Position numbers and translations under genes: made by a program | Shown: positions 16,395 to 26,500 of the stretch, piece after piece | Layout: each line of letters opens with the position of its first letter | How positions within the stretch are numbered: position 1 is the stretch's first letter | Origin: Candidatus Onthoplasma sp. | Lineage (GTDB): Bacteria > Bacillota > Clostridia > Christensenellales > UBA1242 | DNA: 49,560 nt | Direction: 5' to 3' | Assembly: GCA_045614345.1 (NCBI GenBank) | Contig: JAZLCR010000034.1 | Location: forward strand, 1 to 49,560 | The notes under the pieces: model-generated | Seen by the model: only the letters and a program-made list of their open reading frames with translations | Databases searched by the model: none | Told to the model about the DNA's origin: nothing

Positions 16395-17456
16395 ATGGCA
16401 ATTGCAAGTGATTTTTTAATTGGAGCTAATGATGAACATGGATTAAATCCTCCGACTATTGGAAAACGCACACCTGTTATTTCATACATTGGAAGAAGTT
16501 TTTATGAAAATGAATTTAACAAAGAAGCTAAGTTGATGTTTATTTTGGCTTGTTTGAGATGTGGTTTTAATGTTTATGATGTGCATCCAGAAGTTCAAGA
16601 TGTTAGTGTTTCAACAAGAGTGGTAAGGGCAAATCGAGCTGGTGTTAATTTGTTAGTGACATTTGCATATAACGCATCGGGAAATGGTTTAACTTTCAAC
16701 TCGTCACGTGGGATTGAGGTTTATTACAGTCCATATAATTCTTTCCCTGTTGAAAGTGAGAGGCTTAGTAGATTAATATTTGAGAAATTAGTTCAAAACA
16801 CAGATGTTCCGGGAAGGTTTGTTGGTCGATTATCAGTTGGTGTTTTAAGCAATGTTCGAGCTCCTTCTAGTCTTGTTGAGGCTGGATTTATGACAAATTG
16901 GACAGATGCAAAGTTGATGTTAAATCCATCATATGTTGAGGCTGTTGGTGAAAGTTCTTGTCAGGCGGTTTGCGAATTTTTAGGAGTTCCTTATATTGCT
17001 AGAGATCTTAGCAATTATCCAACCTTGAGAACTGGCAGTCGAGGAAACTTTGTTAAGATTTTGCAATATCTCTTGAATTGGTATGGAGCAGATCTTTCAA
17101 CAGACGGAATTTTTGGGGGAGGTACACAGCGGGCTGTTTTAAAATTTCAAGAAGAAAACAAATTAAAACCTGATGGAATTGTTGGAAGAAACACATGGAA
17201 TAAGTTATTGAATTTAAATCCATCGAGTGAGGTTTTAAGAAGGGGAAGCGAAAGTTCAGCTGTTATGTTTTTGCAGAGGTTACTTCTTTCTTACCTTTAT
17301 CCAATAACAAACTTGGATGGAGATTTTGGTCCTGAAACAGAGCGTGCAGTTAGAGCTTTTCAAAGTGAAAATGGACTTAATGTCGATGGAATTGTTGGAA
17401 GAAACACATGGAATGCTTTATTTAACTCGTTGGGTAGACCGCAAAATCAAAATTAA
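16395..17456 (+). CDS. Amidase_3-family N-acetylmuramoyl-L-alanine amidase with two PG_binding_1 domains
   Basis: HG, E.EFN, R...AN, G.EVYY and LVEAGFMTN, followed by two 'DG.FG..T..AV..FQ...L..DGIVG..TW' domains. Confidence 0.88.
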   Translation: MAIASDFLIGANDEHGLNPPTIGKRTPVISYIGRSFYENEFNKEAKLMFILACLRCGFNVYDVHPEVQDVSVSTRVVRANRAGVNLLVTFAYNASGNGLTFNSSRGIEVYYSPYNSFPVESERLSRLIFEKLVQNTDVPGRFVGRLSVGVLSNVRAPSSLVEAGFMTNWTDAKLMLNPSYVEAVGESSCQAVCEFLGVPYIARDLSNYPTLRTGSRGNFVKILQYLLNWYGADLSTDGIFGGGTQRAVLKFQEENKLKPDGIVGRNTWNKLLNLNPSSEVLRRGSESSAVMFLQRLLLSYLYPITNLDGDFGPETERAVRAFQSENGLNVDGIVGRNTWNALFNSLGRPQNQN

Positions 17457-17549
17457 TGTTTTTAATAAATAGATTAAAAACCACAATATTACGATAAAAA
17501 GCGCAATTATTTTGCGTTTTTTTTGTTTGCGAATGTTAACAATCATTGC

Positions 17550-18071
17550 ATGAAGAAATTTATGATTGTTGTTGGTTTAATATTGATTCTTATTGTAGCT
17601 TCGGTTTTTATTCCAGAGCAAAAATACAACAGAGATTATTTACGTTTACATATACGAGCAAATAGTAATAGTGAAGTTGATCAGAGAGTGAAATACGAGA
17701 TTAAAGATCTTATGATCAATCTTTTAACTCCGCATTTGTGCAATATTGAGAGTAAAGACAAAGCTATTGAGGTTGTGGAAAATTTTTCACCGTTACTTAA
17801 GAGTAGTTGTTTGGAAACATTAGAAAAAAGAGGTTTTGCTTATTCTGTTAACATTAAAATTGCAAACGAATTTTTTCCAACAAGAACATATGTAAATACA
17901 ACACTAGAAAGTGGGTATTATGATGCGGTTATTGTTGAACTGGGTGAGTCGAAAGGAGATAATTGGTGGTGTGTTATGTATCCTCCATTGTGTTTTGTGA
18001 ATAAAAATGAAAACACAAACCAAATTAAGTATAAATCAATAATTTTTGACTGGCTAAAAAAACTATTTTGA
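17550..18071 (+). CDS. spoIIR: Stage II sporulation protein R
   Basis: LRLHIRANSNS..DQ.VK, FPTRTY and G...GDNWWCVMYPPLC. ATG 17550 preferred because it begins a signal peptide. Confidence 0.95.
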   Translation: MKKFMIVVGLILILIVASVFIPEQKYNRDYLRLHIRANSNSEVDQRVKYEIKDLMINLLTPHLCNIESKDKAIEVVENFSPLLKSSCLETLEKRGFAYSVNIKIANEFFPTRTYVNTTLESGYYDAVIVELGESKGDNWWCVMYPPLCFVNKNENTNQIKYKSIIFDWLKKLF

Positions 18072-18139
18072 TTTACATTGGTTTAACAATAGAGTTTTTT
18101 GATTGCCTAAATTAATTATTAACTTATAAGGTGGTGGAT

Positions 18140-18835
18140 ATGAAAAAAATATTAATAGTAATTCTCGCTTTAATTTCTGCTTTATTTGGAGTTGCTTCAA
18201 CAGCAAGTGCAGTATATTCAAAAAACAAAGAAGTGGTTGCTTCATCAGTTAATCTTGATCAGGTTGATGCGGCTGTTGCAAACACAACAGAGGTTCAAAA
18301 GAAGTTAAAAAAATGGGGTTATTACACAGGAAATATTGATGGAATTAATGGTCCAAAAACTATTGCGGCTGTTAAAGCATTTCAAAAAAAATATGGACTA
18401 ACTCAAGATGGAATTGTTGGGCCATTAACTGCTGCGAAAATGGGGTTAAGTGTGAGTCAAAATACAAGCAGTTCAAAATATAATAGTAATGATAGATATC
18501 TTTTGGCAAAAGTGATTTACGCAGAAGCAAGAGGCGAAAGCTACACTGGACAAGTTGCTATAGGCGCGGTTGTTTTAAATAGGGTTGATGACAGTAGATT
18601 TCCGAACACAATTTCCGGTGTGATTTATCAACCATGGGCATTTACTGCTGTAAATGATGGGCAAATAAATCTGGAACCAAATCAAAAAGCTTATCAAGCA
18701 GCGGATGATGCATTAAATGGATGGGATCCAACTTATGGGTGTGTGTATTATTATAATCCGCAAACAGCAACAAGCAAATGGATTTGGACAACAAAAAAAG
18801 TGACACAAATAGGCAAACATGTTTTTGCTGTTTAA
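18140..18835 (+). CDS. sleB: Spore cortex-lytic enzyme SleB
   Basis: Signal peptide, PG-binding domain, then Hydrolase_2 (AEARGESYTGQVAIGAVVLNRV...FPNTISGVIYQP); next to ypeB. Confidence 0.93.
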   Translation: MKKILIVILALISALFGVASTASAVYSKNKEVVASSVNLDQVDAAVANTTEVQKKLKKWGYYTGNIDGINGPKTIAAVKAFQKKYGLTQDGIVGPLTAAKMGLSVSQNTSSSKYNSNDRYLLAKVIYAEARGESYTGQVAIGAVVLNRVDDSRFPNTISGVIYQPWAFTAVNDGQINLEPNQKAYQAADDALNGWDPTYGCVYYYNPQTATSKWIWTTKKVTQIGKHVFAV

Positions 18836-18876
18836 ATGAATTTTCTTTAAAAAAATGATTTTCAGGGGAGAAAAAT

Positions 18877-20313
18877 ATGAATTATAAAAACAATATAAGT
18901 AGTGTGGATTATGATCAAGATAAACAAGATAATGTGTCTAAGATAAATCATGATAAAAACACAAAAAAGAAAAGTAATGCACAAAAAGTGCAACCAATTT
19001 TAATTGTTGTTATTGTTAGTTTGTTGATTATTTTAACCTGTGTTTTAATTGCGTATTATCAGGTTTATAATTCAAACAAACAAAACGCAAATGTTTTGGA
19101 AGGGGTTTACACGTCCAGTTATTATTCTATGGTTGATAACGTTAATAACTTATCAGTGGATTTGGCAAAATATTCAACGCTATCAACAACAAAGGCAAAA
19201 ACAGACACAATTCAAGATATGATGTTGGATTGCAATTATATTCTTGCTGGTCTTAGCATATTGCCAATTGATGAAGAAAATGTTGTTGCGGCAACGAAAT
19301 TTTTTAATCAAGTTAATGGGTTGTGTGAGGCGTATTTAAAACAGATGAACAATGGGAAATATTTGGCAATTGAGCAAGAACTTGTTTTTGATAAGATAGG
19401 AATAGTTGTTGGAGAAATAAAGTCAAATTTCAATAAGCAGAATTATGGAATGTATGATACAGGTTTCAATTTTGTTGATGCGTCTGTTTTCGACAATACC
19501 GGCATGAATGAATTGTCTGTGGGGTTAGGTGATTTAACAAACGCAAGCATTGAATATCCTGCCATGATTTTTGACGGACCTTTTTCTTCAGCCTTAGAAA
19601 CTAAAATTGTTAAAGGATTGCCAAAAGAAGAGGTAACAAAAGAACAGGCCTATGATTATTTAAAAAATACTGTTTACGCAAATAGAGATGTTCAAATTAT
19701 ATTTGAAAGAGAAACAAATGGAGATATATCAACATATGATTATTTAGTTAAAATTGAAGGAAAAGATTTTGATGTTCAAGTTAGCAAGCGCGGAGGTTTG
19801 TTGATCACAATTTCTAGTTATGCAGAAAGCGGTGATCCAATCATGACAGGTGAACAGGCTGTTCAATTGGCACCAACATTTGCAAACAATGTTGGATTTG
19901 AAAACATGGAAAGTGTTTGGTTAGAGGTTCATGAAAACGTTGCGTATGTTAATTTGGCTCCAGTTGAAAATGGTGTTGTGATGTATCCAGATCTTGTGAA
20001 AGTAAAAATTGATTTAACATCTCAAGAAATAATTGGTTTTGAATCTTTGAACTATGCTCTAAACCATGTTGATAGAGAAGTTGAATTTAATGCTCTCGAA
20101 AGTGAAGCTGAAAGTTTGTTGGGATTTGATTATAGCGTTTTGAAAAGTGGTAAAGCGGTTATTCGTTTAGATAATGGAAATGAAGTTGAAACTTATGAAT
20201 TTGAAACTGAGAGAATCGATGGAATTTATTTTTATTATATTGATGCGAACAAATTGGAAATCGTTAGAATCATGAAATTAGTCGAGATTGGAAAAGTACA
20301 AAAATTAATATAA
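18877..20313 (+). CDS. ypeB: Germination protein YpeB (PepSY domains)
   Basis: N-terminal TM; YPAMIFDGPFS and YPDLVKVKI motifs; downstream of sleB. Confidence 0.92.
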   Translation: MNYKNNISSVDYDQDKQDNVSKINHDKNTKKKSNAQKVQPILIVVIVSLLIILTCVLIAYYQVYNSNKQNANVLEGVYTSSYYSMVDNVNNLSVDLAKYSTLSTTKAKTDTIQDMMLDCNYILAGLSILPIDEENVVAATKFFNQVNGLCEAYLKQMNNGKYLAIEQELVFDKIGIVVGEIKSNFNKQNYGMYDTGFNFVDASVFDNTGMNELSVGLGDLTNASIEYPAMIFDGPFSSALETKIVKGLPKEEVTKEQAYDYLKNTVYANRDVQIIFERETNGDISTYDYLVKIEGKDFDVQVSKRGGLLITISSYAESGDPIMTGEQAVQLAPTFANNVGFENMESVWLEVHENVAYVNLAPVENGVVMYPDLVKVKIDLTSQEIIGFESLNYALNHVDREVEFNALESEAESLLGFDYSVLKSGKAVIRLDNGNEVETYEFETERIDGIYFYYIDANKLEIVRIMKLVEIGKVQKLI

Positions 20314-20596
20314 AAATTAAAAAAATATGCCAAAATTTAATCCAAAAGGCATATTTTTATTATTTTTTGAAAATTTATTTAAAAAATTAAAAAATAAAAT
20401 TTTAATTCAAATTAAAAAATAAATAAAATTCAACAAAGCCAATAAATATAGATGATTTGACAATATTCGAAAAATGAAAAAAAAGAATTACAATTGTTTG
20501 GAAATCCCTAATTAATATGATATAATTTTCTTATAAATATTTACTAATATTTAATATTTTTCCAGCCGATGTGGGAAAATAAAAAAGGGGAACATT

Positions 20597-23500
20597 TTGA
20601 AGGGGAAATTTTTAAAATTAAAAACAACAATAATTGGGTTGCTTGTTTTGGTTGCAGGATTTGGTTTTGCGTTCGGTTCAAATAGAACACAAACGCAAAT
20701 GATTGAAACATATGCTGCAGCACCGATTAAAAAAGTTGGCGACGATGAATATAGTGCGTTATTTGGAGATGATAGAGGTAGCGCTATTTTTTCGGTTGAA
20801 AAAGTTGCTGTGAGCACAAAGGATGTGGATAATGACAACATCCCAGATGGTCTAACCGAAGGGTACGAAACATTCTACTCAAACTATAACCATAAAACTG
20901 TGAGTGATGATTATTACACATTCCGTCACATTCCAAATGGTTTAAAAACAAAAACCGTTGTTGAAGATGGGCAGTTTGTTAAGATGGATAACAAGGTTGA
21001 AAGTGGTAATGTTTACAAAACATCAGACACTCAAGAAGCAATTATGATTTCTTTTGGTTCTTATGTTTATCATCCTAAAACCGATAGCTCAGATGAAAGA
21101 GTTGAGATTGCAGACGAGAACGGAACAATTCATTCTCAGATAACAAGTTTGGAAGTTGTTATAAAAAAGAACAATGTTGAACAACAAATCCCTTCAATTA
21201 GAAATATTAGACCTGCTGCTGGTGGGCTTTACTTTGATTTTGCATATTTAATCACTCAAGATGTTAATAACACAAACGAAGGTTATTATCAAATTTATTT
21301 AGTGTTTAATATTGCTGGTGTTAAGCATACTGCAAATTTCTCATTCTATATTGTAAACAATAGTTCATACATTCAGTCGATTGGACCAAATTATGGTTAC
21401 AATGCAAATCCAACACTGGGTTGGGTTGAAAATGGTTCTGAATTTTCGAAGGTTAACACAAGTTATGAAGTTGATAATTACGTGAGATACAAAATAGGAG
21501 CTCATGGAATTTCAGATTCAGCAATTTCTTATCCAACACTTACATATGACTACACAAGATATAAATTAAGTTACATTAAAACATCTAACCAAAAAACAAC
21601 AACATATGATTTAAGTGTTAGATACGATGAGAAATTAAACAATCAAGAAGCATATTTAGTTATTAGCAAAACGGAACAAGGAATAACAACATCAACTGAA
21701 TATAGTCTTGATGATTATGATTCAACAAATTCAATAAATTTAGTTACAATAATGTTCACTGAGCCAGGTGCATATTCTGTTGATTATAATTTTCTTTACA
21801 AAGGCTTCAATTCAGCAAACGCTCCTAAAATGGATTTTGAAGTTCAAGATATCAAATTTTCAATTTTTGGAATGTCTTTGCAATATTCAAAAGCTGGCTA
21901 CAAAAGTGCGGAGATGCAATGTTTTGAAATTGCATCAACTCCAAATAACAATATTGACTTAATTGTTCCAAATGGTTACATGGAAGGTGATGATATTTCA
22001 AATAAAAAAGATCAATCAGTTGGGTTTATTTATTCATTGGTTGATAGTGAAGAAAGAGAAGGAAATGTTGTTTTAGCAAATAGCGTTAATTCAATGGTTA
22101 ACTCTGATCTTAAAAATGATTCACAAAAATATGGTGCAGGATCTGGGGTTGATGCTTTAACATACCTTGTTGGAAATTCAACAGACCTAAGCAAGAGTTC
22201 AGATGTTAATTTAACAACAATATTAAACAAGATTCCATTTGCTAAAACAAATCAAGGGTCATTATGGCTTATTGGCAATGATAAATTTACAACAAATAGT
22301 TTCTATTTCTATTCTTCAACAGGTTTTAAAAATGTTAGCGACTTGTTCACAGAGAAAGAGGTTGGAGGCATTCCAACAACGGTTTCTGCAAAAAGGGCTT
22401 ACACAAACACAACGTCATTTAATGCCAAAGGTTATTATTTAGTGTTTTTGGAAGTTAAGCCAAACGGAATTAATGATGCAGATAGCAATATGTTCTGGCA
22501 AGTTTTCGCGTTCCAATACACTTCTGATTCAACAAACATCACAATTGAAGCAATAAACGATAATGGAACTGAAAACACATCAGACGACACTTATGAAGAT
22601 GTTGCGGGAAGATACACAAATAAAAATGTTAGAATTTCATGGAAAAAACCAGGAATATTTGACAGGAATGTTAATGCTGAATATTACAGCGTTGTAAATC
22701 AAAACCTTACAAAAGACAATCTTCTTCTAACAGGCAAAAAATATTTCAATATTTCAGAAAGTGAAATTGGAGGAGAAATATACCAAATTGCATATTTGGG
22801 ATCAGAAGTTGCGGGTGGAACATTTGTTAAATACTTAATATCACTAAAAAATGAGGGTGATAGTGTTACATACAAAATGTTCACAATTGACAGACAAAAC
22901 ATTTCTGGAATTAAAGCGTATTTAGTTCAACAAGTGAATTCAGGAAATTCAATTTTCTATTCATATGCAACAAATGTTAATAATTCTAAAATCGAAATTA
23001 CAAACTCTGTAACAGATGGTTTGGCAGCATTAACTTGGAACAACAAAGCAAGTGGATCTGAAATTTTTGCAAGCTATAGTTACACACCATTCACAATCAA
23101 CAGTGCAGATCCAGAAACTATCGTTGGCAATGGTGGAAAACAATGGATAACAACAAATTATCAATTTGGTCAAACAATTTCTGGTGCGGATTTAGTTAGA
23201 CCTGAAAATAGTTATAGTGTTCCAAGTGATAGTATTTTATTTAACCAAGGTGTTTATATTATTAAATTATGGGATAGTGCTGGAAACCAAGCATACTATG
23301 CTTTTGTTATTGATAGAACAAATGGATATTTTAATATTAACTATAAAGACAATGAAGGAACAAACAAAAGTACATATTTAACAAATTCATTTGCAATATA
23401 TGGAGACAATGTTACCTATTCAGTTGGTGATTACAAGGCGTTTAAACTATTCTCTTCATATGATTCGATTGATGAAAAAGTTAAAGAGTTAATTCAAAAA

Positions 23501-26500
23501 GCGTCAGAAGGAAATCTTCATGAATTTGAAAACTATTACACAGGCGCAGACAATAACATTTATTCGCTTTCTAAGATTTTCCAAAAACATGGTTCTGATT
23601 ATTATTTAACAATTCAAAACAAATCAGTTCTCGCATATGAAAACTCAAACAATATAGCTGAAGATTTGGGGTTGAAAAATACTTTGAGATATAACGTGGA
23701 GGATGGTTCATCTTATTACACATGCAAATTATATCTTTCAGGAGAAAATCATATTAATTCTCAAACACAAACTCAAGACAAGTCATATGTTAAAATTGAA
23801 ATTAACAAAGACAATGCCAGAGGATATGTTTATTACCAAAATGATTATGACATATCTGCAATTCCAACAGATGGAAGCGATGTTTCTGTTGGTTCAAGAG
23901 GTATGACATATAAATTAAAAACAGGCAGTGACGACAGCGAAAAAGATATCAATGGTCTTATGGGCGCGCATGCAACAAGCGCAAATCACGTAATGTTTAT
24001 TTGGAATATGGGAACTGGACCTTTTGAAGTTGAAAAAGTTACTTATAAATACTATTCATTAAATCTTAACAATTTCGATTCATCAGGTAAATATTATTTC
24101 TATAGCAGCGAAAAAGGTCAAGGACAAGAGTATGTTGTTTACAATAAGGGTGATGAAGGAACATACTTTAAAAAGCTTGGCGGAACAGGAATGGCTATAA
24201 TCGACTTTGATAATTCTTCAACAAGTAAAGCTGGTTTGTATGTTGTTACCAGAACATATGTGGGTGATCAAAGCGCATTAGGTGCCGACGTTAAAGAAAA
24301 GAACTATTATTTCATTGTTGATAGAAATGGAATTATCAACACAACAGCTGGAATTGGTGATCAAATTAAAATTTGTTTAATGGAAGACGAAACCGAATTT
24401 GACACATTCTCAGGATATGGATATATTCCTAAAACTCTCATTTATCAAAACGATGGCATTAATGAAAAATATAATGTTTATCTTGAAACAACAAAATTGC
24501 CAGCAACCATCAGCATCCCAACAGGCAAATATGTTAAAGGTATGGAAAATTCTTCAGGTTATCAAGCAGGAAGATTAAAAGTTGCTGTATACTTCCGTGA
24601 TTTAGACAATCAATTGCCTTTATCAACAAATTTGCAAGGTGGAAATGTAAAGATTTACGACTCCACTATTTATCCGAATTCAGAAATTTATGACAGCAAG
24701 AATAACACGTTCAACATTGATATTTATGATTATTTATCAAAAATTAATTCAACATTGAGAGACAGATTAACCATAAGTGATGATCATGGAAACTGGTTAT
24801 TCTTATCTGGTGATTATGTTATAAGAATTAGTGACAATGTTGAGAACGGAAGAACAGATAGAGATGAACCACACAACAACGAAAAGTTTATTGGTCTATC
24901 GATCAAAACAAAGGATCAAGAAGGTCCAAAAGTTGACACGTTCACAGGATTTGAAACGGATCAAACAATATTAATTAATCCTGTTTATGATTCTGGTTAT
25001 TATCATGCAACAGTTAGTCAAGAATTCTTAGAAGTTCGTTTGCCAAATTATAGCTTAACAGAAACTCAAAATGCTCAAGTTGACAAAGACTATTTGATTG
25101 TTACGCAGTTTGATGATGGCAAGGAAACACCATATATCAATCATCCTTACACAGCAATTAACGGAATTCGTTTAGATCGAGATAGCGAATACGTTACCTT
25201 GAATGATGATGGATCAATAAGTGTTTGGTTGGACACTAAATTAGATGTTAACTCATTAGATAAATCATTAAGTTACACAATAAAAATCAGATATAAGCTT
25301 AATAACTTTAAGTCACATGAACTTATATCAAAAACAGAAGAAGAGCTTATCAAATATTTAGGTTGCTATGTTTACTATACAGCATCAGGAGAGGCGATTT
25401 ATTATTATGAAAATAATTATAAAATAACAATTGACCGTCTTGCTCCAACGAAAAATATTGAAGAGTTAAATAAATCAGATGTTTTGGTTAATGAATATAA
25501 TGAAGAGTTTGAAACAGAATATATGTTTGAAAATTCATTCGATCAAAGACCAGGAGCACAAATTTATTTCACAAGACAATATGCAAAATATTATCAATAT
25601 GCAAAGAATAATCAAAAATATGAAAATGATTACATCTATGCATACAGAGTGTTTGAAACCACAGACTTTTATAAAGAAGATGTTGCTATAATTTATGTTA
25701 AAGAAATTGGTGGTGTAGAAGAACTTAAAACTTATAGTTTAACATTGCCATTCTTTTCAACAAATGGTTATTCACAAAATTATCCAGACTTATCAAAGTA
25801 TGGCGAATTGATGTTTGAAAATCGCAACCTGATGGCAAACACATATTATGAAATTATTGAACAAGATGCTGCAGGAAATGTTGCTCAATATGTTATTCAT
25901 TACAATCCAGGATCAGATGAAATTCATCTTCCAGTTAATGTTAAAACAACTTCACTTGAAAACAAAGAAGTTGACATCGCATTCGAGACAAATGAGGTTG
26001 ACTATAACATCTTTGAAATTTCTTTAACTGAAGATTCAACAAGACTCAATGATAATTTCTTCAAAATTGTTGTAAGAAGAACAGGTGCTCAAGAAAGTCC
26101 TTATCAAATCCTAACAAAATCAGGAACAAACTTTGAAAAATTAAATCAACAGATTGTTAAGTATATCACTCAAACATCAGGGTTTGGAAACTATGAAATT
26201 CTAATAAAATCAAGAACCAAAGAAAAATTATTTACGTTTAACTATTGCAACAGTGCGGCTGAAATTGTAATTGACATTAAGAATCTCGTTGTAAAAGAAG
26301 GCGAACAATTTAAAATTGTTTTATCAAATGCAAAAGCTCAAGATAAAGATCACACGATGTGGTATTTTGCAGAAACAATTAGAGTTACAACTTCACTAGA
26401 AACTTCAATATATCATGGAAAAATGCACAATGGAGAAGTAAAATATTATAACGAGTTAAATCCAAATATTTATGTTTCTGAAATTAAGTGCTTGCCTGAA

